DNA of 64,000 nt from Octopus vulgaris. Lineage: Eukaryota. The position numbers were made by a program, and so were the translations under genes. Positions 42,352 to 54,000 of this stretch are shown here, piece by piece. A model generated the notes under the pieces. It saw only the letters and a list, made by a program, of their open reading frames with translations. It was not told the origin of the DNA and searched no databases. The DNA is taken from NCBI GenBank assembly GCA_951406725.2, contig OX597814.1, positions 48,422,001 to 48,486,000 of the forward strand. The letters are read 5' to 3'. Within the stretch, counting starts at the first letter, position 1. Every line of letters starts with the position of its first letter.

Positions 42352-43143
42352 AGAAGCCAGTCAGCTGCTCTGGCAACGATCATGCTCGGATGGTGCTCTC
42401 AGCGCTCCACTGGCACAGGTGCCAGTCTTAGAATTTGATTCGATTTCGATTTCACTTGCTTCAACTGGTCTTCGCATGCAGAGTTTAGTGTCCAATGAAG
42501 GAAAGATACGCATATGTGGGCTGGCTGCACCCCTGGTATAAGCCATGAGTTATTGTCTCACTTGGCTTGTCGTGTCTTCTCAAGCACTGCATATTTCCAA
42601 AGGTCTCAGTCACTAGTCATTGCTTCAGTGAGGCCTAATGTTCGATGGTCATGCTTCACTACCTCATCTCAGGTCTTCCTGGATCTACCTCTTCCACAGG
42701 TTCCCTCAACCGCTAGGGTGTGGCACTTTTTCACACAGCTATCCTCATCCATTCTCGCCACCTGACCATACCAGCGCAGTCGTCTTTCTTGCACACCACA
42801 TCTGATGCTTCTTAGGTCCAACTTTTCTCTCAAGGTACTTACACTCTGTCAAGTATGCACAATGACATTACACATCCATCGGAGCATACTGGCTTCATTC
42901 CTTGTGAGCTTATGTATGTCCTCAGCAGTCACGGTCCATGTGTCACTGCCATGTATCATGGGTGTTCGTACACATGCGTCATACAGTCTACCTTTTACTC
43001 TGGGTGAGAAGCCTTTTGTCACCAGCAGAGGTTAGAGCTCTCTGAACTTTGCCCAGGCTATTCTTATTCTAGCAGCTACACTTTCAGTGCACCCTCTCCT
43101 GCTACTGACTTGGGCACCTAGGTAACGGAAGTTATCAACTACT
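42352..43143 (-). mobile_element. RTE-clade LINE fragment
   Basis: Homologous to 22130-22900; joined back-to-back with an opposite-orientation 3' UTR piece (43144-43522). Confidence 0.85.
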
Positions 43144-43538
43144 TATCGAAATTGAACCAATCCTATGACTGGCACCCGGCAGATGCCAGGACCCCTGGAC
43201 TGGTGGTACGTAAAAAGCACTATCCGAATCGTGGCCGAAGCCAGTGCCGCCTCAACTGGCTTCAGTGCCGGTGGCACGTAAAATGCACCAATCCGACCGT
43301 GGCCGTTGCCAGCCTCGCCTGGCACCTGTGTGGGTGGCACGTAAAAAGCACCCACTACACTCACGGAATGGTTGGCGTTAGGAAGAGCATCCAGCTGTAG
43401 AAACATTGCCAGATAAGACTGGAGCCTGGTGCAGCCTTCTGGCTTCCCAGATCCCTGGTTGAACTGTCCAACCCATGCTAGCATGGAGAACGGACGTTAA
43501 ATGATGATGATGATGATGATGATATATATATATATATA

Positions 43539-44731
43539 CTAGGTTGTTTCGCATGAAATGTCGCATTTTTAATTACTCGTTATTTCAGTCATTTAGAAAC
43601 TCAGTTATGTATACATTGCATTTAATATTGACTCTTTTTCTTTTCCTAACATTATTGGTATACAAAATTTGTACCCACAGACCTTATGAAAATGATAACA
43701 ACCAAATAATGTTGAGTGATTTTCTCGTATAAGTACAAAATGAGTCATTTTGCTGCTGAAGCTCTACGGAATATCAAGTGGGCTTTTGGTAATGGTTTTG
43801 TTGACATCAGAACTGTTCTGAGATGGTTCCAAAGCTCTTGTTCAGGAGATGATAGCTTTGAAAATAAATCAAGGGGTAGGCCAAAATCAGTTGTTCCGCA
43901 TGAGGGATTAAATGCTCTGGTTGAACAAAATCTGAGAACAAAAATTCGTAAACTTTCATCAGAACTCCAAATATCTTGCACAACTGTTTTTGGACACCTG
44001 TAAAAAATTGGAAAAGTCAAGAAAACGAATAGGTTTGTTCCACATCAACTGAACAAGACACCTTGAAGTGTACTCCTTATTGCTTTCTTGACTGGAAGAA
44101 GACCATTTTTGCATCAAATCATTACTTGTGATGAGAAATGGATGCTCTTTGACAACAGTAGGAGAATAGGACAGTGATTAGATGCAGGAGAGTCACCTAA
44201 ACACTACCCAAAACCACCATTGCACCCTAAAAAGTTAGTGATCTGCAAAAGGAGTTATTCATTATTCACTTATGCAACAAAGAAAAATGGTAACAGTGAC
44301 ATTATATTGCCAGGAAATTGGTTGCATGCATGAGAATTTGCAAAAGAAGCAACCCAGGCTAGTGAATAGAGATGGCCCAATTTTTCTCCACGACAACGCA
44401 CATCCTCACACTCCTCAAGCTATGGTCTAAAAGTTGCAAAGCCTGAATTAGGAGATTTTGCAACATCCTCCTTATTCCCCTGATATCTCTCCTACTGATC
44501 ATCACTTATGAAGCATTTTGAACTTTTCATAAGCAATAAACTTTCTTAAATAGAGAAGAGATAATTGAAGCATTTGGACAGTTTATCATGGAATATATGC
44601 ATAGAGAAACATTGGGCAAACATCATAAATGAACATGGATCATACTTTGATTAAATAAATCACTTCTCTAACACTTCTGAAACATTTTATTGTTATCTTT
44701 CAAATACGACATTTCATGTGAAACAACGTAA
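43539..44731 (+). mobile_element. Full-length but inactivated mariner element
   Basis: ~30-bp TIRs (ctaggttgtttcgcatgaaatgtcgcattt / aaatacgacatttcatgtgaaacaacgtaa) with TA flanks. Motifs VPHQL, IITCDEKW, LHPKK, FLHDNAHPH and HPPYSPDISPTD; stops and frameshifts. Confidence 0.92.
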
Positions 44732-45008
44732 TATATATGCTTTTATACTCACACACACACACACACACACGGCATGTAAAAGGTAACTGTGCTGGTGACA
44801 CATTAAAGGCACTCTTGCTAGTGACATGTGAAAGACACTTAGTACACACTATAGAACAGTTGGCATTAGAAAGGGCATCAAGGTGTAGAAATCAAGCCAA
44901 AAACACACCAGGGTCTGGTGCAGCTCTCCAGCTTACTTGTTCCAATCAAACCATCTAACTCATACCAGCATAATAAACAGACACTAAATGATGATGATAA
45001 TGATGATG

Positions 45009-45052
<44 letters not shown>

Positions 45053-45094
45053 CATCATCATTATCATCATCATTTAGTGTCTGTTTACTATGCT

Positions 45095-45140
<46 letters not shown>

Positions 45141-45145
<5 letters not shown>

Positions 45146-45480
45146 CCTCGACTGGCTTCCGTGTCGGTGGCACGTAAAAAGCACCATCCGAATCGTGGCT
45201 GAAGCCAGAGCCGCCTCGACTGGCTTCCGTGCCGGTGGCACGTAAAATGCACCAATCCGACCGTGGCCGATGCCAGCCTCGCCTGGCACCAGTGCAAGTG
45301 GCACGTAAAAAGCACCCACTACACTCATGGAGTGGTTAGCGTTAGGAAGGGCATCCAGCTGTAGAAACATTGCCAGAAAAGACCGGAGCCTGGTGCAGCC
45401 TTCTGGCTTCCCAGATCCCCGGTCGAACCGTCCAATCCATGCTAGCATGGAGAACGGACGTTAAACGATGATGATGATGA
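45141..45480 (+). mobile_element. RTE-family 3' UTR fragment with internal tandem modules
   Basis: Three GGCACGTAAAA(A/T)GCACC modules, then AGGAAGGGCATCCAGC and a (GAT)n end. Confidence 0.8.
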
Positions 45481-46619
45481 TATATATATATACTTACATA
45501 CACAACACACATATACACATGCATTTATAATATGCATGTATATGTTTGTGTACTCTTGTCTTGATATGGTGATAGTAGTGAATGAGTGTCACAGTTATTC
45601 AAGCAGTGTCCTTTATTTCCAATCTTCCCCACAGCCAGACGTGAAAACATGTCTGGCTGTGAGGGAAGAACTAGCTTGCTTGGAAATAGTTGAGGATTGG
45701 CAACAGGAAGGACATCTGGCTAGAAAATCTGCCTCATTGAAATTCTGTCTGACCTATGTAAAAATGGATAAGTGGCAATTAAAATGAAGATGTATTATTA
45801 GAAATATGGTGAAAAAGTGTTACAGCTAAGATGATATTTTATTGTGATAGATACAGATATTTTATATTTGTACACCAGTAATTAACAATGCCAAACTTGA
45901 AACATTGATGTTTGGGATTCCTGATAGATGGCAACCCTGGACAAACTGGGTGTTTTCACTCCTTTTTACCATAAGAGAGATATTTTCTCTATGGTAACTG
46001 CTGTGAATTTGTCTTTTAGCACTTGAAATATGTTACAAACATTTCAACTAACCTAAATTTTTGCTTATGCCTAAACACTGCTTGACACTAACATTTCATT
46101 ATTATAATAGTTGTTCAGCTGAGAACTGCCTCTGATCAAATAAAGTGTTCCTGCCATCACTATTCTGTACTAATTTTGTTAGATATAGTGTAACTTGAAC
46201 TAACCTGTCTAATGTATTTTTTTAAGACAATTAGAATTATTTAAAGGAAATTTGGTTGCTATCTTTAGCTAGTTGACTGTCCACATAGAGTTTTTCTTGT
46301 TAGTTCTTCCACCTGTCACTGTAGTTACTGAATCTATTAGTTGAAAACCTTCAGTTCCCATCATTTCTACATTCTTGAGGTGAACTCAGGTGTCAAAACA
46401 TATTTTGTTGTATCTTGGGAAGGTCATTATGCCAATAATAAACACATGCACTGATTCTATTTCACTTCTTTTATTGTTATTGGTCAGCTGGTTTATCATT
46501 TAACTGTAACTAATCAATTGTTTATTTAATTGTTTGGTCAATCTGTCAATCAATCACATAGGTTTGTCAAAGTCCTTTCATTGTCATTCAAAACCTCATA
46601 AATGACATGCCCCTCTCTG

Positions 46620-49240
46620 CTTCAGGTCTGCTGGATCTGGAGGAAGAGGCACTGTTCATGACTTTCATAGACCCTTCTTAGAACTGGTGAGCTTGATGCT
46701 GTTAATATTCTTAAATCTTTGCTAGTCAGCACCTGAGAGAAACACATGGGCAAGGAAAAAATTTCAGAGGCTGAACTGTCAGGGAAGGAAAGGTTGGGTG
46801 CATTGATTAGTGCAGGGCTTGGATGTGGGCACAGCAAGTGTGATGAGAGGAGGAGGATAGACAAGTGAGATGGGCATGCTTGAGCGGAGGTTGGCATAAG
46901 AGCAGCCAGTTCCAAGGAGCAGAGGCCATTATAGTAACTGCACAAAAAATGAAGAGAGAGAGAGAGAGAGGAGACAGCATGCTTTTGGGCCAAAGGCAAG
47001 AGCATTTCTGTGAGTAACTTTATGCCAATCAATCAAAAGGTTTTTTGTTCAGTGTGGTGTAGGATGTGTGCAACTGTAGCACTGTCCCAGATGTGGGAGC
47101 AGGTTTGTAGTTATTAATTTTGGGAGAGCGGAAGTATTTTCTGCTCCTGAAAAGAAGGGCCAGTTATTGTGATGCGGTCAAGCCTTGTTAAAATTGGGCT
47201 TTTGCTGGAAAAGCTCCTTGGTGATAGTGAAGTTCATTATTTGGAGCTATTACAAGGGCTCTAGATGTGTGCTGTTCATGATTTAATGAGAGTGTAGTGA
47301 GGTGGCATTTACTTGCTACAAGTAGTATTTATGTTACCTTGCTGTTGAAGAAGGTTGGCATATCTTCATTGGAAGATGCTTTTGAGGTATTGAGTTAGCT
47401 AGTGGATAATGCACAGTTAGAGAGGGAGGAAAGATAGTGTTATTTAGGATATACCAGCAAGCATGTCTTTGATGTATTTAAGGAGGAAAGTGGAAAACAA
47501 AAACCAAACACATGCATTGGTGAACGAGGGACAGAAAGATCTCTGCCAATGTACACTATGTTAGTATAATCTGATAGGAAGCTGCCAGTCCAAAAGATGA
47601 AAGGTCAGTGAAGTCTATAGGCAAGAAGTTTTGATAGATTTGCTGATACAATTGAAAGCTTTACATGTCAGTAATAACAACATTGTTTTCACCAAATTTT
47701 TCCATGTGAAGAACTTACTGGCATGTGATATGGCAGATTTGGCTTTATGAAAACCATATTGGTGGTCATCAAAAAGAGACATTCAAAGTTGAGAACCCTG
47801 TTGTTAAAGTTTGTCTCCTTTATCCTAAAGATATTGGATGTGAGTGTGATAGGGCAATAGTTGGCAGGGTCAGAATCATTGCCTTTCTTTGTTGCTTGTT
47901 TCTTATGAGGAGAGACTGAAAAGTTTGGTGGGTATAGGGATTTGTTCTTGGTCACAACATCTGTGATGATAGAAGGAGTATTGTTTGGTGGTTCTGTTTA
48001 TTTGAAGCAATTAAAAGTATTTTTGTATTTGGTGTGTGTTTATGCAGGATGATAGGCCTGGAAGAGTGGGTGAAAAAGATTTGAAAGAGATTTGACAAGA
48101 GTGTGCTGTTTGGAGTTGGTTGCACTGTGAGCAGTGAAAATGAACGTGTACTGCTTAAAGAATCATTGTTGTTGTAAAAGGGATGATAAAAGAATTCTGT
48201 AAAGTTGGTGAAGTTGCAGTTCAGAGGGTTAGGGTAGCTTGAGGACTGTATAATACATGATGTAATCGTTGTAGTTTGGATAGTGGTCTTGCAGGAGTTC
48301 TGTTACTGGGTAAACACCACCATGTTTTGTGGACGTTATCATCATCATCATCATTGTTTAACGTCCACTTTCCATGCTAGCATGGGTTTGATGGTTTGCC
48401 TGGGGTCTGGGAAGCCAGGAGGCTGCACCAGGCCCAGTCTGATCTGGCAGTGTTTCTACAGCTGGATGCCCTTCCTAATGCCAACCACTCCGTGAGTGTA
48501 GTGGGTGCTTTTTATGTGCCAGGTGAGGCTGGCAACGACCACAATTGGTTGGTGCTTATTATGTGCCACCGGATGAGTAAATGCAGGTGTTGTAAGCCTT
48601 TTTTTTTTTCCTAAATATCTTCAACTTAACTATGAGTAAACCACTTGAGGGATATGAAGAAGTTGATTTCTTTGCTGTGTGCAGGATGTGGGATGACAAA
48701 TCTGAAAGAAAAGATTCACTTAATCTCCTCATTATCTCTGATGGGTCAGGTGCAGAGCACAAATACACAAAACTGGTGAAGTTGTGATCAGTTGGCTGTA
48801 GGTGGCATTATGTGGTATATGGGTATCTGGTGGGTAATTTCAGTGATTGGATGACTGAACGGTGTGGTGATACTTAAAATTTAATTGAGATTGAGTTTGG
48901 AAGTGAGGAAAAGATCAGGAAAATTTGGAGTACCTCTGTGTTAATTTTGGACGAAACAAATTGATGTAGAGAGTTGGGGATTGCAAAAGTTTTGGTTTCT
49001 GTACAGGTGCCGTCAGTGTAAGATGCATGAGAGAACCATAAAGAGTTGTGAGCTTGAAGTCCCTGTGGACTGTGACTTTGGAAAGGAGTGAAGTAAGAAA
49101 TATGTTCTCAAAGCAGGAGACAATATGATCAAAGAAATGCTGATGGTTTGAGTTGTGGGGACAGCATATGTGTCTGTGGGAGTGTGTGAAAGGAGATTTT
49201 GAGCCAGAGTGATTGAAAATCATTATTGCTACATCAGTAA
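46620..49240 (-). mobile_element. Old LINE remnant (CR1/L2/Jockey group)
   Basis: KKGNDSDPANYCPITLTS (RT subdomain 1) and YYNGLCSLELAALMP (C-terminal). Heavily decayed and interrupted by an RTE tail at 48338-48575. Confidence 0.65.
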
Positions 49241-50855
49241 TCTGTAATAACATATTCCACCATTCTGAGTCTGATTAGTTGAGTGAACCACTATCATGGC
49301 ACCAACTTATTGTGATACATTGCAGTAACTCCCCCTCATGATTCTGAATCTTCATATCATCAGTTTTTTTTACTCACTCTCTTCTGTGTCTGGCTACACT
49401 ATTACAATGGATTTTATACCTCTTGTTCAGTAACTAGCATAGTGATACAGTTTAAGTTCCATTGTTTTGTCACAAATCACTGTTACATTCGTATCATGTT
49501 AGGCATACTTTTGTGCATTATCATCCTAACACATTCTCTCAGGCTTCCATTCACCTCATGTTTCTCATTTACAAACTGGCTGCACATTATATGTTCCTTT
49601 GCTAGGTATACTAGACAGCTTTTTAGTCTCAAGATATGGTTTCTTTGTTTAAATCTTGTTTTTTTTCATGCTAGCATCTGTTGAACATAGAATTATTTGA
49701 TGCAAAATTTTTGTGGCTGGATGTTCTTTCTGTTGCTAATCTTTATCTGTTTTCAAGTAATGGATTTGTTTTTATTCCAGAGGTCTTTAAGAGTGGAGAA
49801 CTACAAGGAATGTCAACATCACTACTCTTTCATTCATAGAATCACATACATTCACACACTTATAAGGCATCTTGCAGTTACTGTCTGCTAGATTCCTTCA
49901 CAAAACATTGGTCAGACTGGGCTGTAGTTGAAAGCATCCTAGGTGATGCATATTGGGACTAAATGCAAAACCATATGGTTGTAAAGCAAAATTCTTGTGA
50001 ATAAAAAATTCTTTTGCCATAATTCTAAAGGTCAAATAAAATTCCATGTGTTCTGTTAACTGTTGAAAAGTAGAACCACTCAATGAAGTAATTTCATATT
50101 TAGACCTTTAAAAAGTCTATAGGAATAAATGTTCAATAATATATAAATATATTCCAAAGTTGTAAGCTGGCAGAAACAATTGTGTTGATGTAAATATTTT
50201 GTTTTATATAATCACCTTAATTATCAAATGTACATCGACAGCATTAACCCTTTATATATATATATATATATCTTAATTTTCTGGATCTGGTGGAAGGGGC
50301 AAGTACTCATGGCCATTGCAGACCCTCCTACGCCAGTAAGATTGACACCATTGATGCTCCTCTTGAATCTTTTTCAAGCCAAAACTTGTAGGAAATACTT
50401 GAGCAGGAAGGCAATTTATATGAGATGACAGGAGACTAAGTGAATTTTGTGATTGACTAATGTGGGGATATCTAGAATGTGAAAATATCTAATTATTTCT
50501 TTTCATTTACACCAAATGATAGATGTTTAGATTCCATGTTTGCTAAGCATTTCCTTTATTTTTGCTCTACTATTGCATGTTTCTTTTGAGTCACATTGAA
50601 ATCATAGTTTTACCACAAAATTTTATCAATATGTTATTGTTAAATAATGAAATGTCTGAGAAAAATTATTATTAATAAGATTCTAAATTCAGCCTATTAA
50701 CATCTTTGGAAGTAAAGCAATTTCTTTTTTAATTTAAACCTATATATAATTTTTATCAGTTTTATTTCTAGTTGGTGTGTTCATAGTACCGGACTAGATT
50801 CAAACTTGGAATCTTTATTTTTTTAAACTTAAAGATACAAGAGCACTTAATCACT

Positions 50856-50868
50856 AGGTCACTGACCT
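50856..50868. promoter_or_regulatory. Candidate nuclear-receptor response element, perfect IR1 (AGGTCA C TGACCT)
   Basis: Exact consensus half-sites inverted with a 1-bp spacer. Function not demonstrated. Confidence 0.35.
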
Positions 50869-51670
50869 TGTGGTTAAGAGTGTTTCTAGATATTTGGTGA
50901 TAATCAGAAACCAAGCCAATTGAAATAGAATCTAGATGTAAATGTAAGAAATAAAAAATTAATAAATGTAATTTCTAAAGATTAAGTTAATAAAATAAAC
51001 ACTAGTTTGAAAAATGATCATATGAATTATTACTGTTGCTGTTATTATTGATATTTTGCAGAGATTTTATAGCAGCTTGTATTAGATGCTGTTGATGTTT
51101 AGGTCAAATGTAGAATTTTTGTTGTGCAATGTTCACTGCTAAGAACAAACATCTGTGTTTCACCTTTATTTATGTAAATCATGTAAAATTCATTTGAATG
51201 ATAGTTTCGAGATAAATTTCCAAATACTTATAGTTATTTCTTGAATGACCTGTGTATGTTGAGATCTTTCTCTATATATCCTGGTATAACTTTTGTTATG
51301 GAATTGTGGATTTACTTTGCAAGTAATGTACTTTTTCCACCCTTCTCTATAACAATAATTTCATTTAATTTTGGAAAGAAAGCAACAAGAAGTTCTCAAC
51401 TGACTTAAATCTCTGATCAATTTATAAAAATCAGAACCCTTATTGCTTATATTAGCATGCTTCGTAGAAACATGAATATCCTAATATGTTTTTATTCAAA
51501 TAAACTCATGAGACTTCATTCCTTTGTGAGAAATTATTGAGCTTTAAGGATTGGAAATCAGTGGATAAAGAACTCACAAGAACTGGATGGTTTAAGTATT
51601 AGATTACTGAATCAAAACTAAAGAGTTTAAATTTGATCCTAGTATTTAGTTGTGATTAGGAAAAGTATTA

Positions 51671-52180
51671 CCATAAATCCTCAAGTATAATCCGCACTTT
51701 TTTCCCAAAATTTAAAGGTCAAAATTCCTTGTGTGTACTATATATGAGGTTAAAAATGAAAATTATTTTCTAAGCACTGTCCGAGTCTCTATTTGCTGTC
51801 CGGTAATGTTTATTCAGACGTATTTTGTGATGTCGGGTGTGAAAATACTTTAAGATAAACCTGAAAGCAATGAAGTCATAAAAGAATCATCCATAACTTG
51901 CAATAAGCAGCATTTATTAAATGTTATTAGTTATTTCTTTATTTTCTGCAAACAAAATGCACAAAAAAGCTACACGTTTGCATTATGTTATGTGTACAAT
52001 AATAATAAAGGTTGTTACCGTATACATATTTACAAACCAAGGACGTTATTTAGACCTCCTTGACTCAAGTTAGAGAAGAGGTACGTATTATACACAAAGT
52101 TTAGGTTTTTCAGAGGTACAGCCCCCTAAAAATCCCCTGCGTATTATACTCAAGAGCGGACTATACTCAAGGATTTATGG
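51671..52180. mobile_element. Tc1/pogo-type MITE (510 bp)
   Basis: TA|CCATAAATCCTCAAGTATAATCCGC ... GCGGACTATACTCAAGGATTTATGG: 25-bp TIR with 3 mismatches, plus subterminal repeats. Confidence 0.85.
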
Positions 52181-52399
52181 AACTTACTCTGATCAATTTC
52201 ATTATGAGTAGACTCCACCAGCTGTTCAATGTATAGTTGAACAGTTGGTGTTAAGAAGGGTACTGGGCACCATATTTCTTTTCACAGTTGATTTGCAGCA
52301 TCATCCTATTCATATTAATATAAAAATAGAAGTAAACTCATATCAAAACAAAAAAGAAAAAAAATCTAATGCTATATATCTCACTGTTATATTTTTCAG

Positions 52400-52579
52400 G
52401 CCGTCACTATGGTGCAATTAGTTGTGAAGGATGCAAAGGTTTCTTTAAAAGAAGTATTCGGAAACAGCTGGGCTATGCCTGTCGGGGTAACAAAGATTGC
52501 CCAGTCACAAAAATGCATCGTAATCGCTGTCAGTTTTGTCGTCTACAGAAGTGCCTTGCAGTTGGCATGCGTTCTGAAT
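52400..52579 (+). CDS. NR2C/Hr78: NR2C/Hr78-like coding exon 4 (rest of C4 DNA-binding domain)
   Basis: Acceptor atttttcag|GC. Encodes [59 protein letters not shown], with P-box CEGCKG; by recall this closely matches the Hr78/TR2/TR4 DBD. Donor T|gtaagt, phase 1-1. Confidence 0.96.
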
Positions 52580-53319
52580 GTAAGTTTAATTTTCTTTTAT
52601 GTTTAAATCTCAAGTTTTTCTTTGTCTTTACTGGATAGAAGAACTGATTGAGCATGTGATCATCTCATACCAAAAAAAGAATATCTTCCAATGTAGCTTG
52701 AAATGTGTTGATTAATAAAAATAGTAATTATTGAAATTTCTATACTGTACATGATTGGCGTAGATTTACCTATCCAGATTTAGGAAATATCTGCCTGAAA
52801 TTTGATTTTTTTCTTTTTTTTATGTTTTGTTTATTGAAATCCTAAAACTGTCTTGATTTCTTGTTGAACAAAGAGTGGCATGCAATCTGATAGGATGGAA
52901 CATTTAAATGTTTTATGCTATCCATTGGTTTGGAAAATGTTAGCGTCATTCCTGGAGTCAAATTAGGAATGAAATGATCTTCACAAGAAAGTGTTAATTA
53001 CAGTAAAAAATTAAAATATCTTGAAGATACAGATAAATGAAGTAAATTACAGAGTGTGATATTAGATCTTTTTCTCTTGTTTTACTTGCAAAAAGAAAAA
53101 AATAGAAACGTTCATTAAAACTTATCTAGTTGAATATGTGGGAAAGAAATGAAACCAGTTTTGGGAAGTCTTTCTATAGATGGGCTATTTTTGTTTTCTC
53201 CTCTTTTTATTTTTAAGACCAAGGTTCTTGTAGAAAGACCAAGGGTCTAGTAAGCAAGAAAACAGACAAGACTCTACTCACTTTAGGTAAATGGCCCTGC
53301 TCAATTTGTAGGAAAGGTG

Positions 53320-54000
53320 TAGGCAGGAATTCCATACAAGATATCCAGTGCAACTGTGTACACACAGGAGGTGTAGTGGAATAATAGGGAGGCTAACAGA
53401 GAAAGTAGAGATTGTGTATGTATAAGATGCACAGGAGCCATCAAGTCTACAGATACATTAGAAATTGATTTTTTTAAACATCCCGGAAGCTCTCTAGAGG
53501 CAGTGGATAATTTCTGCTACCTAGGGCTTCTAATCAGTAGTGGAGGGGGATGTTCAGAAGGTGCTATTGCTAGAATGATAAGATGAAGAAAATTCAGAGA
53601 GCTTTTACCTCTCTTGGCAGCTAAAGGTCTCTCTCTTGAAGTGAAAAAAAAATAAAAAGATTGCATGATGTATTTGTAGAAACTGCAATGCTTACACAGC
53701 AGAGGACATGCAAAGAAGTAGAGAAAAATGAAGCTAGTATACTCTGCTGGGTGTGTAATGTCAATGTACACATGCAGCAGAGTGCTAATGTATTGAGAGA
53801 AAAGTTAGGCATATGAGGAATTAGATGCAGTGTGCTAGAGAGAAGACTGTGCTGATTTAGATATGCGATGTATACAGCTGTGGACAGTTGCATAAAGAAG
53901 TGCCTTTCACTTAAAGTAGATGAAACTTGTAGAAGAGGGAAACTCAGGAAGACATGGGATGAAGTATTGAAGGCTGATCTCAAGAGGTTGAGCCTTAAGA
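53320..54000 (+). mobile_element. Old RTE-clade LINE fragment
   Basis: CYLG, EASILCWVCNV and RGKLRKTWDEVLKADLKRLSL; diverged relative of the copy at 22 kb. Confidence 0.8.
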
